From Basidiobolus meristosporus CBS 931.73 (Eukaryota; Fungi; Basidiobolomycota): 64,000 bases of DNA. A model generated the notes under the pieces. It did no database searches. It saw only the letters and a list, made by a program, of their open reading frames with translations, and had not been told where the DNA came from. The position numbers and the translations under genes were made by a program. The stretch lies in contig MCFE01000253.1 in NCBI GenBank assembly GCA_002104905.1, positions 1 to 64,000 on the forward strand, given 5' to 3'. Shown here in pieces: positions 1 through 13,000 of the stretch. Position 1 is the stretch's first letter. Each line of letters starts with the position of its first letter.

Positions 1-976
1 CTCCTGCTTGCTGATCTCTATGTGCATATACTTCTGCTGCAACTGACACACTCCTATCACTGCTACCTTACCTCTTTCATTCAGCTTGGGGCTAGGCTGC
101 TGATTGTTGTCTGAAAACTTCTTGTTACCCTAATGGCCTAAAATAGTTCTTTCCTGGGTGTTCCTAGGATTTGTAGAATTGTTAATGCATGTTCAGCTGC
201 TGGCAGACCCATAAGGCATGCTGAAAGCTAGATATCAGATTGTGGGTGAATCCATAATCTGCATAGAATAAAGTAAGACAAGTTGCACTGTGATCTGGGC
301 TGTTGTAAGCAAGTTCAGCAAGTGGAAGCAACTGGGTCCCATTATCTTGCTGATAGTTGATGTAGAATTGGAGGTATTGTCCAAGGATTTGGCTAATTCT
401 TTCAGTGTGGTAATCAGACTAACAGTGGAAAGCAGTTGACAGATTTACTGGCACACCAAGATATTTCATGAAGTGCTTCCAGATTCTTGATATGAACTGG
501 GATCCTCTATCAGATAAAGTGTCAGCTGGGATACCAAGAGCCAGAAAACCCTCTTGATTACTAAGTGGGTTGTCTACTTGGGACTGATGTTTTTGGAGCA
601 GGGAAAGAAGCTAGCCATCCTTGTGAGTCTTTCTGCCACTACTAGGACTGAATTGAATTAGTTAGATTCTGGGAGTTTGGCAAGGAGGTCCACTGAAAGA
701 GACTTCCATTTCCTTGCCAGTGACTGACAAGGGTTGAAGAACTCCATATGGCTGATATCTGGCAAATTTTGCATGACCACACATATCCCAGAATTGAAGG
801 TACTCCTTGACAAGAGATATTGTTTTAGGCCTCCAGAAGTCTCTCTTAATTGCATTTATGGTTTTGGAAGTGCCCAAATATCCTGCAGCCATTGAATCAT
901 GACAAAAATAGATGTTGTCTAGTTGTGTATCAAGGCCTGGAACATATAGCTGATGATTATGGTAGATAATGTCCAT
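1..976 (-). mobile_element. Degenerate Ty3/Gypsy integrase fragment (a family distinct from Ty3-A)
   Basis: ORF 662-976 reads HDSMAAGYLGTSKT..RDFWRP..C..K..RYQPYGVLQPL, a decayed integrase zinc-binding region. Core-like text (SDRGSQFISRIWKHF) continues towards position 1 with stops. Confidence 0.8.
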
Positions 977-1690
977 GGACTTGTTCCACTGAATAGCACC
1001 TACCTGTTTAGAGTGCCAGATTGATCCAGCACTCTAAGGCACTATCTAGCACTCTAATTTCTACCCTAATGCTAGCGGTAGGATATAGTAGCTGGTATTT
1101 CTACTCAATCTTAACTATGATTGCTTCAAAGAGTGCTTTTCTTGTTTGATTTACTTTTCATAATGATCCAGACACATTTCTCTCAGTGAATGACTTCTTA
1201 TATGGACATACTATGTATCAATAGTATCTTAACTATTTAACCTATTCAGCTGTTCTCCCATATTTTACTTTTCTTCTGCATTTACATGACAGTATGTTGA
1301 ATCTCTTCAGATATCCAAATGTATGCCCTATTCAAACTCTGAAACGCTTAAAGATCTCAATATAGAGCTGTAGCTTCCTGCTGAGCACATCATCCCTTGA
1401 CTTCCTATGGGTTGTAGCTCATCCTAATCTCTGACAGTCCTCTCCTATATCAGCTAAGTCTACCATGCAATTCTAACCCACCACTGAAATCTGGAAGATT
1501 CTCTACCTAGTGTACTTGGTCATGCCTACTTCCAGCAACTGGCCCACTAAACCAGATCATGTTACCAGCAATGTCAGACAGTGCTTGAAACCTTGCACAA
1601 TGTGCCTTGTATTTGCCAGAATAAAAGTGCCTTTGCCCCCTAGAAGGTCTGTTGATCCTGACTGAGAAGGTATCCAAAATACTTACCATC
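977..1690 (-). mobile_element. Decayed 3' end of a PHIS/Harbinger-type transposon (terminal repeat plus transposase remnant)
   Basis: GGACTTGTTCC terminus at 977. ORF 1507-1689 (ILDTFSVRINRPSRGQRHFYSGKYKAHC..GSRHD) is near-identical to the transposase at 25234-26034. Confidence 0.85.
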
Positions 1691-1694
1691 TTTT

Positions 1695-2490
1695 CAACAT
1701 CAAATTAACACTTTTTACCAAACATTATGTACTAGCCCAGAAACTGTTGCAGAATGTGTCTAAATATTAAGAAACCCTTCTGACTTAGTGTTACAGCTGT
1801 ATCTCATCTACAAAGGTATCAATACTGATCCTATTTATGAATAACTACAGCTTAGCAATTATCACTATTTGTTGACAAGTTCAGACTTTGGAGAATCAAG
1901 ATTCAGATTTAACAAGAGGAAAGAAAGCTTTGAAATACAGTAGCTGGATAGGAAGTTGAGTCCAATGGAACAGTAGAGGAGGTGGAGAAGTTTCAAGAGA
2001 AGGAGAGAGAGGCCTTTAATGCTGTATGCATCAAAGTGCAAGATTCCCTCAGTGGATAAATCTATGCATCAAATACTGCTAAAGCAGAATGTAAATACTT
2101 AGAGAACATCTTTAGAGCAAAGTCAGTATCAAGCAAGCTTTATTCAAACAAAAGTTCTTTAACATCAAGAAAAAGCCAGATGATGACATGCTACAACTCC
2201 TTATTAGAATGGAGAAACTTACAGAAGAGCCTTACAGCATCAATGCTGGTGTAGATAATGAAAATAAGATACTCTGTCTGCTTTGCAGCCTACAAGACAA
2301 GTATGAACCACTCATACTATTTTTGAAAGCTAAGATGACAATTTGAATTTAAACCATGTCAAAGGAAGACTTCTCCATGAAGGACTCAGACGTAAAGATC
2401 AAGCAGAGAAAATTGAAGACAAGGCTCTATTCAGTGCAGAAATGCACACAGAAAAGAAGGGAAAGCAACAAAATTCAAAGACTTAGGTTC
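1695..2490 (+). mobile_element. Copia family B: partial LTR plus degenerate gag fragment
   Basis: Nucleotide similarity to the LTR at ~10170-10350 and to gag at 10450-11100 (UBN2-type gag remnants). Confidence 0.7.
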
Positions 2491-2544
2491 TGATTCAGGT
2501 GAACCAACATGTATTTACAAAGATAATCAAAGTTGTATTTCATC

Positions 2545-4872
2545 ATGATGGGATGCTCTACAATCTCTACCTGGGATGAGTTTGTGTCAGAAATTCAAGA
2601 TGCCTTTGAGCCCCCACACCAACAGACACTACTAAGAAGAAAGTTGAAGACACTCAGACAACAAGGAATGGTCCAAGAGTACATCTATGAATATAGATAT
2701 CTACTTGGGCAAATTGAAAGAATGGACCCTCTGGATCAAGTTGAATACTTTATAAATGGGCTGAAAGAAAGAACTTGTAAGGAAGTGAATTATTGAAGAC
2801 CTCAGACTATTGAAGAAGCTATCAAGATTGCCATTGACTATGACTCAGTTATGTTTGAAGCTGGGAAGCCCACAATGACCAATCAGAATGGCTACAATCA
2901 CTATGAAAGAAGACAATCAGAAGCAGTGCCAATGGAAATAGATGCTATGCAGAAGAATCATACCTCAGAAGAATGCCAGAAGAAAGGACTTTGCTTCAAT
3001 TGCTACCATCAGGGACATATTACAAAGGACTGCCCTCAGAGAAGAAATGGACACCAGCCATCAAGATCTTTTAACCATATTGAGACTCAGGAGCATAGTA
3101 ACATGGAAGATGAACTTGAAGAAGACTCAGAATTCACCTTCCATATGACAGAAGAATACCTATCCCAGATGACCTCAAACTCAGGAAAGCTATTATACCT
3201 GAAAGGGGTAATTAATGGAGTACCTGCCAAGAGCATGATTGACTCAGGAGCATTGCATGAGTACATGTCAGAGCAATTTGCTTTGGAAGCTGGAATCAAC
3301 TTGGAACCCACCTAATCAACTGCAGTCTCAAAAGCTGATGGGAACTTTCACATAATCAACTATACTACTCAGCCCATAAGGATGAAGATCAATGACTATG
3401 AAGAAGAACTACAGGCCTATATATTTGGGAACTGCATGTTTGACCTTGTACTTGGGAAAACCTGGCTATTTTGTTGTAATCCATCAATCTACTGGAGAGC
3501 CCATGCTACTCAGATCCAGAAGAACAACATGACCTATGAGCTATTACCTGCCAGACTGAATTTTAACTTGGCCAATTCCAGTGTGTGTGAAACAAGTGAA
3601 CTTAGCAAGACACAGTTCTGTAGAGCACTAAGAAAAGGCACCCAGATGTTCCTCATGGCAATATTACAGGAGGATTCCTCTACTCCTGTACCCCAGAAGG
3701 TCCAGACTCTTTTAAAGGAATATTCAGATGTATTACCAGATGAGCTTGTAAGCCTACCACCAGTTAGAGATGTAGATCATGCCATTGAAACAGGGGATAG
3801 CCCTCCAGTGAGTAAGACACCTTACAGAATGAGTCCATTGGAGTAGGAAGAGATGAACAGACAAATAGATAAGTTGCTGGAGCAAGGATATATCAGACCC
3901 AGCAAGTCACCTTGGGAAGCACCAGTACTCTTTGTGAAGAAGAAGGATGGAACACTTAGGATGTGCATTGACAACAGAGCCCTCAATTCAGTTACTGTGA
4001 AGAAAAACTATCCCATACCTTAGATTGATGAGCTTTTGGACCAACTCAATGGAGCCACTATTTTCAGCAAGATTGACCTCATGTCAGGATACAACCAGAT
4101 TAGGGTGAAGCCAGAAGACATCCCTAAGACAGCATTCAGGACCAGATATAGACATTACAAGTACTTAGTCATGAATTCTGGCCTCACCAATGCCCCTGCA
4201 ACATTAATCACCCTGATGCAGACTGTCTTCTAGGAGTACTTAGACAAGTTTGTGATAATCTACCTAGATGATATATCAATATAGAGCAAGACACAAGAGG
4301 ATCACTTGGTGCACATTGAAAAGGTCTTGAAGAAGCTAAAAGAGCACAAGCTTTAAGGCCAGCTACCCAAGTGTGAATTCTTCAAGGAGCACATTGAATA
4401 TCTGGGACGCATAGTTACAAGCACAGGAGTAACCTTAGTACCTAAGAAGGGTGAAGTTATCAAGAATCTGAAGCAGCCCCATAGCATATCAGAGCTCAAG
4501 TCATTCCTTGGAATGGTTTCCTATTACCAGAGATTTGTCAAGTCCATTGCAAGTATTGCAGCCCCTTTAGCTGATATCCTCAAGAAAGACAATACCTACA
4601 AGTGGGACATAGCTTGTGAGACTGCCTTCCAGATGCTCAAGAATGAACTTGCTAAGCTGCCAAGCTTAAGAATACCTGACTTCAGAGAAGTGTTTATTCT
4701 GTGCACAGATGCTTCAGATTATGCAATTGGTGGAGTGTTGAGGCAAGTAGACAAGTGAAAGGACTTCCCTGTTGCCTTTGAATCCAGGAAGCTGAACTCA
4801 GCAGAATAAAACTATCCTGTGAATGAGAAGGAGACGCTTGCTATAATACACTGTTTGAAGACATGGAGATGC
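2545..4872 (+). mobile_element. Degenerate internal fragment of Ty3/Gypsy family A (gag, protease, RT, RNase H)
   Basis: Broken ORFs near-identical to those in 21116-27644: [27 protein letters not shown] zinc knuckle, MIDSGA protease, [27 protein letters not shown] RNase H. Confidence 0.9.
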
Positions 4873-5072
4873 TGCCGGTTTACAGTCTTCTATTTGGTAC
4901 TTCTTTAGTATATATTGAATATACATGGATTGGCTTAGGGTGATAGTACAGGCATTTCTGTCTATGGAGAACTTAATCCCTAAGTACTAACTAAGTTCTC
5001 CTAGATCAGACATCTTGAACTCCTTAGATAGTCTGGATTTAGTCTCTTTCAATGTTGCTAGGTTTTTGGCAG
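4873..5072 (-). mobile_element. Copia RT fragment
   Basis: Matches 42690-42870 of the Copia-A RT at the nucleotide level. Confidence 0.75.
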
Positions 5073-6514
5073 TGTGGTGGTGTATAGGTCCAAAGGAGAC
5101 CTACGTCCAACACTTCTCAAGTGTATTGTGTGTGGGGTGTTCACTGGGTACAATAACCTCTGGCAAAAGCTTGCTAGGAATACTTGGGTTCTGTCTCCAA
5201 TGTAATGTGAAGGGGAATAAAGCCACATGCTTGTCAAGGGAAAACTATTGAGCTACAATCCCCAACTTAGTTGGCATCTTAACAAAAGTATGTGCTGGGT
5301 TCAGCATCCTTTGAGATGACAATGTACTAAAGCTTCCAAAGTCAAAACAACTGTAAACTCCACCAGCAGGGACTTGATAAGAATGTAGCTGTGGTCAATA
5401 GTTACAAAGAGCATAAAGTATCTTTGCCTGTACAAGAACAAACTTGGGAAAGAATCAAATATAATAAAAGATACCTACTCTGAGTATTTCTCACAAGTAG
5501 TGCCTCCAAGGTCAGTTGGCTGTCAGCACAGTTTCCTGGGAGTGTCCTGTGGTCTAGGGTTGGTAGTTCAGGTAGCCACAGGTAGCAGTGATCACACTAA
5601 TGTTACAAGTCTTGGTATAAGAGTTGTAGAGGAATAGGGAGTTTAGCTAGTATTGTATTTGCTAAAACTTGAACTGATTTTTATTGAGGTTCCAACAGCT
5701 CCTTATATATATTTTGCCAGATCAATTGCTGACTAATTGTATTTCCTAATGTAGGTGGTGGCTGATGACTCATTTGATAGCATCATCATCAGCCAATAAG
5801 ATCTTACACAATATATCTATTTCTGTCTGATAAGGATTTGCTGATTCATTTGCTGACTAATGCTACTGATTTCATAGATAATACTGATATACTGATAACC
5901 TAAACATATACTAATTGATTTGACTAAAAGCTGATCCAACTTAAACATTCAAGCGGCAGATCAAAACACTAATCAACAAGTTGGTATATTGATAAAAGGG
6001 ATGATGATTTATTGTTGAGGGATAGCCTCCCTTATATACTTTTCTCACTGACTAGGTGATTACTAATCATGGTGTTCCAGAAGGTTCCGGATATCAGTAG
6101 AAATCTGAATGACATCAGAATGACCTAAGAATTTTCTAAGTAGGTGCTGGAAAGTTCTAAGAGGCACAGCACATCCAACCAACCAGGAATCAGTATTCTG
6201 AAACCTGTGTAACATAGGGATACCATATATGGTATGGAAATGGTAGGGATGGTGGCACCGGTTGATCATGCATCACAGGTACTGGCGTGCGTACTTGCTT
6301 AATATAGAAGCACTTATAGCTAATAATCTTACATAAAGTGAGAAATAACTTATGCAATAAGGTAAGCAGGTGTGATAATCAACCGGCTTATTGGATAGTA
6401 CTGATTTGGTAAGACAAATGGGATCAAACTAAACTAAGTGTAGTAGAGATATAGGGAAGTGAAAATAAGGGAATGAGCACATCTTTCAGTGGATATCACT
6501 GTTACCCCACTACA
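5073..6514 (+). repeat. Solo LTR, family B-long (~1.07 kb), interrupted by an LTR-A solo
   Basis: Termini TGTGGTGG...CCACTACA. Homologous copies lie at 38073-39059 and 48484-49551. No matching TSD on this copy. Confidence 0.7.
5601..5968 (-). repeat. Solo LTR of Ty3-A (368 bp) with 4-bp TSD CTAA
   Basis: Reverse complement of LTR 20690-21057. CTAA at 5597-5600 and 5969-5972. Confidence 0.9.
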
Positions 6515-6745
6515 TTAGCAGATCCTTATCAGACAGAAATAGATATATTACGTAGGATCTTATTGGGTAATGATGATGCAATCAAATGAGTCATCAGCCA
6601 CAGCCTATGTTAGAAAAAACAATTAGTCAGTAATTGATCTGGCAAAATATGTATACGGAGCTGCTGGAACCTCAATAAAGATCAGTTCAGGTTTTAGTGT
6701 ATACAATACTAGATAAACTCCCTAATCCTCTACAAGTCTTGCACC
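6515..6745 (+). repeat. Partial Ty3-A LTR
   Basis: Matches the 3' two-thirds of LTR 20690-21057. Confidence 0.8.
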
Positions 6746-6749
6746 AGAC

Positions 6750-6950
6750 TACAGACTGCATGCAACTGCATCTCAATCATACCAGCCTGCCTTGCTGGAA
6801 TCCTTACCATCCCCAGCAATGTTAGAGTGCTGGTGCATGTCATTACAATCTACCCCAACACTCCTCACAAGAGCACCTGGCATTGAGTCAATGTGTGGCA
6901 GATCAACATTTGTGCTGCAGGGCTAAACTACCAGTACTCACCAAACTAGA
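6750..6950 (+). mobile_element. Fragment of PHIS ORF2
   Basis: Reverse complement of 49610-49800 and of 24090-24260, with CpGs decayed. Confidence 0.7.
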
Positions 6951-6989
6951 AAGCCCACAGTAACTAGTCACAAAAGCTACAATCACTAC

Positions 6990-9900
6990 AAAAGAATACA
7001 CCAAGTAGCAGTGCCAATGGAAATAGATGCTTGGCGCAAGAACCCCAGGTCAGAGGAATGCAAGTAGAAATGACATTCTTTCACCAGCAAAGTCACGTCT
7101 AAAGTACTGCCCTGAGAGTAGAAATGGACACCAGCCGGCAAAAGCCTTCTACCACATTGAAGCCCAAGAACATAGTGAAGCAGAGGATGCACTTGAAGAC
7201 AATTCAGTACTCACCTTGCATATGACAGAGAATACTTAATACAAATAACCTGAAACTCAGGGAAACCTTTGTACTTAAAAGGAGTAATCAATTGAGTACC
7301 TGCCCAGATTGTGATTCACTCAGTGGCATCACACAACTATATATTGGTACAATTTGCCTGGAAAGCTGAAATCAACTTGGAACCTACCAAATCAACTTCA
7401 GCTTAAACAGCTGATGGGAACTCTAACATAATCAACTATAGTACTCAGCCAGTAAAAATCAAGATCAAATACTGTGAAGAAGACCTAGAGGCCCACATAT
7501 TTGGGCCTATGCTACTCAGATCCAAAAAGGCAACCAGACCTATGTGCTACTATCTGCCAGAGTAGGCTTCAACTTGGTCACCTCATTGTTTTGCACACAA
7601 GTAAGGTAAACAAAACACAGTTCTGCAGAGCAATTAGGAAAGGTATGCATATGTTTGTTATTGCAGTATTAGAGGGTAATTCTTCTATCCTAGTTCCCCA
7701 TATAGTTCAAACTCTTCTGCTGAAGTATTCAGATGTGTTTTCAGAAGAAGTTGTAAGCCTACCTCCAGTCAGAGATGTGGATCATACCATAGACACAGAA
7801 GACAGCCCCCCACTGCACAGGATACCTTACAGGATGTGCCCATTGGAATTTGAAGAAATGAACAGACTATATTGATCTACTATTAGAGCAAGGAAAACTC
7901 AGGCCCAGCAAATCCCCTTGGAGAGTATTAGTGCTTTTTGCAAAAATGAAGGACGGAACACTCAGGATGTACATTAGACTTGTTCCATTGGAGAGTGCCA
8001 CATTGAGCCATGAGTGCCAAATGATGCCATAGTGTGCCAGAGAGGTCAAGTGAGCCTATACTTGGCCAAAGAGTGTGAAACGTAGCTCCGCATCTTCATG
8101 CAAAGCAGCCCCTGTGTTTCACCCATTGCGCAGAAGAAAATCCATTTTTTGACCTTTTTTTGTGGATCAATGTAGCTGAGGATGTGTAAGTGCACAGGAG
8201 AACTGAAGATATGCATCTGGTACTCAATACCCATGGCACTCTGAATCTAGCTCCTGTAGCTTGTATCATGTCACAAAAATGAATGGCACTATCTTGGTCC
8301 ACTGGTACTATCTGGCACTATATTTGAATATTAGCCCTAAAGTAAGATCTATAAAAGCACTTATAGTGTCAGATAGTACCAGTGGACCAAGATAGTGCCA
8401 TTCATTTTTGTGACATGATACAAGCTACAGGAGCTAGATTCAGAGTGCCATGGGTATTGAGTACCAGATGCATATCTTCAATCTGCTTGTACTTTAACAC
8501 ATCCTGCTCAACATTGATCCAAAAAAAAAGGTCAAAAAATGGATTTTCTCCAACACAATGGGTGAAACACAGGGGCTGCTTTGCATGAAGATGCGGAGCT
8601 ATGTTTCACACTCTGTGGCCAGGTAGAGGCTCATTTGGCCCCTCTGGCACACTATGGCATCATTTGGCACTCATGGCTCAATGTGGCACTATCCAATGGA
8701 ACAAGTCTATTTACCACAGATCCCTTTACTCAGTTACTGTCAAGAAGAATACCTCATACCTTGAATCATTGAGCACTTGAACCAGCTCAAAGGAGCAACT
8801 ATATTCAGCAAGATTGACCTCATGTTAGAATACAATCAAATAAGCGTGAAACTAGAAGATATCCCTAAAAGAGCATTCAGGATCAGATATGACATTACCA
8901 GGTTAAGAACTCTGGCCTCACCCATGCCCCTGCAACATTCATGGCCTTGATGCAAACTAGCTACCTGAGGTACTTAGGCTGTTTGTGGTAATCTACCTGG
9001 ATGACATATTGATACACAGCAAGCCAAAAGTAGACCACTTGGAGCACACTGAAAGGTCTTGACAAAGTCCGGTGCGAAGAAGCTATTTGGCAAGCTAGTA
9101 AAGTGTGAGTTCTTTGAGGATCATGTTGAGTATCTGGTACACATAGTGACTGGCATAGGAGCAACTTTTGATCCCAAGAAGGTGGAAGTTATCATTAATC
9201 TGATGCAGCCCCATAGTATATCTGAGCTCAGATCATTGCTTGAAATGGCTCCCTATTATTAGATATTTGTCAAGTCCTTTGCAAATATTGCAGCCCCTTT
9301 GATTGATATCCTCAAAAAAAACAATACTTTGAAGTGGGACATAGCCTGTAAAACTTCATTTCAGACACCTAAAAAGAAACTTGAAAAGCTGCCAAGCTTT
9401 AAAATACCTGACTTGAGACAAGAGTTCACTATCTGGACAGACATCTTGGATTATGTAACTGGTGGAGTAAACAGTCAAGAACATGGGTAAAAGAAATTCT
9501 CAGTTGCTTTTGAATCCAAGAAACTGAGTTCTGCAGAAAAAAACAACCCAGTGCATGAGAAGGAGATGCTTGCCATAATATACCGCCCAAAGACATGGAG
9601 ATGCTATATTGATGGAGTCAAGTGCACTGTGAAGACTGATCATGCCCTACTCAAGAATGTATTTACCAGATGATACTCTCAAGAAGAATGACTAGGTAAG
9701 CTACAGAGTATTGCTGAACTCCTTCCCTTGAAGCCTGTGAGACAACTTGAGGGATGTGAATTGACTTTATTTGAAGTCTGCCCACTACTAAAAAATGCAA
9801 TTGGTGAACTTAAGAAGCATCTGACCATGCCACCTAATGGCCAGAAGCTATTGCTGTACCAGTAGCTGGTGAGCAAGATGTCACAAGTTTCATCTACCAT

Positions 9901-10015
9901 AAGATCCTGATGAAGCTTAAATGCCCTGTGGAAGTTTTGTCAAATAGAGGAACAAACTCTATGGCAAAAATATCAGGAGTCTACCTGGAAATGCAGCAGA
10001 TCCAATTTCTGAAAC
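6990..10015 (+). mobile_element. Heavily degenerate Ty3-A copy (gag end to integrase) carrying a MITE insertion
   Basis: Colinear similarity to 21790-28020 with many stops and frameshifts. YLDD-region and RNase H remnants are visible. Confidence 0.85.
7976..8708. mobile_element. Foldback MITE copy 1 (733 bp), TSD ATT
   Basis: AGACTTGTTC...GAACAAGTCT termini, ATT on both sides, ~347-bp inverted arms and ~39-bp spacer. The Ty3 RT codons resume across the insertion. Confidence 0.92.
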
Positions 10016-10019
10016 TGTC

Positions 10020-13000
10020 TTTGAGATAATTGACTATTTGTTGTCATTCAGCAGCTAAAAATTTACTTAATAATTCTAGACTAGTCTAGGTCACTAAGGG
10101 ATTAACCTTCAACCCTAACTTTGTTAATTTCTTAAGATCTATGAGCCTATGATTATTCCCCTATATTCAAGACCAAATTAACACCTTTACCAAACACTAT
10201 GTACAAACACTGAGACTGTTGCAGTATGCTTATGAGTGTTGAAAAACCCTCCATACTGTGTGTTACAGTTGTATTACTTCTACAAAGGTATAAGTACTGT
10301 GTCTCTTTAGAAATAAACCACAGTTCAGCTATTATCACCATTTTTTGATAAGAACCTTGTATCCCAATCACTTGTTAAGTTGCAACATCTTATGAGTCCT
10401 AATTGCCTCAATCACTTCTAAGGATGAAATCTACCAGTAAGCAGATTGATACAAAGATCTTCCTGGTAAAGGAGTGGCTTGATGGAATGAACTACAGACA
10501 TTGGAGAATAAAGATACCAATCCGCCTGGGGGAAAGAAAGCTTTGGGATATAATAACAGGAAGAGAAGTTGAGCCAAAGGAGCAGCAGAAGAGGTGTAGA
10601 AGCTTCAGGAGAAGGAGAGAAAAGCCTTTGATGCCTTATAATAGAAATGCAAAATTTCTTCATTAGACAAATTCATGCTTCAGATATTGCCAAAGCAGCA
10701 TGGGAATCATTGAAGAAGATCCTTAGATCAAGGCAATATCAAGCCAGCTTTATTTAAAACAAAAGTTCTTCAACATGAGCAAGAAGCCAGATGATGATAT
10801 GATACACCTCCTTACCAGAATGGAAACACCTGAAGAAGAACTTTACAGTATCATTTCTGGTGTAGATGGTGAAGAACAGATACTCTCTCTGCTTTGCAAC
10901 CTACCAGAGAAGTATGAGCCACTCATACTTTCTTTTGAAAGCAAAGAAGGCAATTTGACTTCAGATAATGTCAAAGGAAGACTTCTCTGTGAAGGACTCA
11001 GATATAATGATCAAGCAGAGAAAACAGAAGACAATGCTTTATTCAGCTAATAAAGGCACACAGAAAAGAAGGGAAAGCAACAAAACCAAAGAAAACCTGG
11101 TTGCTTTAGCTACTGTAAGAATTCTGGACACTGGGCAAGAGAATGCAAAAAGTAACAAGCAGACAAGAAACACAAGGTAGAGCATGCAAACCCTGTAACT
11201 ACCAATGTAACTACACAGGAGAGTGCAGATAACCAAAATCATAAATGGTATATTGACACTACAGCATCACAGTATATTTGCGGAATAAAGGAGTGGTTCA
11301 GCAACTTAAAGACTACTCCCATAGGAAAGGTTATCTGGGGGGGCAACTTTGTACTGGAAACTACTGCCAATGGGTCTTTACACCCAAACGTGAATGATAT
11401 CTCAGGGGCAACTGCAGCCAAACTGATTAGTGTACCTATGTGCCTGGAAAAGCTAAGAACCTACACTTGGTCCATAAGGCAACTACTCATGGGCCAAAGT
11501 TTGTTTTAACCAAGCTGAGCTGCTCTGTACTGAGTGAATGTGGACAAAAATTAGCTCTGGGAACTGGAGATCAAAATATATACAAGATGTAATGCAAGAT
11601 CATTGTACCTGAGTATGTCAATATTACTGAAACAGATGAGACTGACTAGTATATTTGACATAGGAGTATAGGACACATTGGGGAACAGAAAATAAGCTAA
11701 TTAGTAGAAAAGCAGCTTGTTTTAGGCCTAAATTAATTGATTTGAATCATATTGAATATCTGCAAAGAATAATCCTATGGCAAACAAAATAGGCAGCATA
11801 ACAAGAGCTCAGGATGCATAAACACCACTGAAATATACGCATTGTGCAATTGGATACATGTGGGCCTAAGAGAACACTGCTCCTTGGAGTCAAGAGATAC
11901 TTTATGATTTTTATTGATGACAAGACAAGAAATAATTTATGTGTACATCCTCAAGATAAAGGATGAGGCTTTAGAGAAATTTAAGCACTTCAGGAACATG
12001 GCAGAAACACCAAATAGGTGTAAGCTAAAGGTACCTTTAAGGGATAATGGAGGGAAATACTGCTTAAAGGAGTTTGCAAAATACTGCTCATCTACTAGCA
12101 TACTTCATCTGACCACTGTTCCACTTACTCCACAGCAAAATGGAGTAGTAGAGCATGCCAATAAGACAACAGTAGAGATGGGAAGATCTATACCGTTTAA
12201 TAAGGGAATGGACTACAAGTTTTGGGCTGCATCTGATGCTACCACAGCATATATCAAGAATAGATGCCCAAAAACAGCAGTACACTACTCTGCAACCTTT
12301 GAAGCATATACAGGCAACAAACCAGACCTCTGGCTCCTCAGGATCTTGGCATTGATGTTTTTTTCACACCCCTAACAAAAACACTGCAAGTTGGAGTCAA
12401 AGAGTAGAAAAGGGATCTTTCTTGGGTACTGTGAGGTTACTAAAGTGTAGAGAATGTGTAATGGCAAAATTATAAGCTGGTCAAGGGCAGGGATATTGTG
12501 TTTGAGGAGAATTTAGATCCAACAACCACTGAAAGCATTGGACAGCTGCGTGATGATGCAACCAACAGTAATGAAGAAAATATGTACCTAATTCAGCCAG
12601 ATACATAAGATAATACTGCCAGTTCCAAATCAGAATATATTATTCCTGTTATAAAATCTACCAGAATGCAAAATGCCCCTGGATCCTGGTAGCAGACATC
12701 AAATGATAATAAAGTAGCTCATCTTGCCTTAGGTGCCAAATTCAGAATCTGGAACAGGCAACAAAGACCCCAGATGCAGTTATGTGGAAAATAACCATGC
12801 AAGAAGATTACCAATCACCAATCAGGGCAAAAATATTGGAACAAGTAGATTTACCAAATGGGAGAAAGCCAATAGGATGTAGTAGGGTCTACAGATCATG
12901 ATAACCTTAAATGGTACGGTTAATAAGTACAAGGCTAGACTGGTGGCTAAACGCTATTCCCAGATCCAAGGACTAGACTCTAAGGAAATACTTGCACTGG

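Noticed and set aside
8046-8772. Repeated short ORFs such as MDQDSAIHFCDMIQ.. on both strands (also 15954 and 29217-30050)
   Set aside because: They arise from the palindromic MITE arms, have no protein signature and are not preserved among copies.
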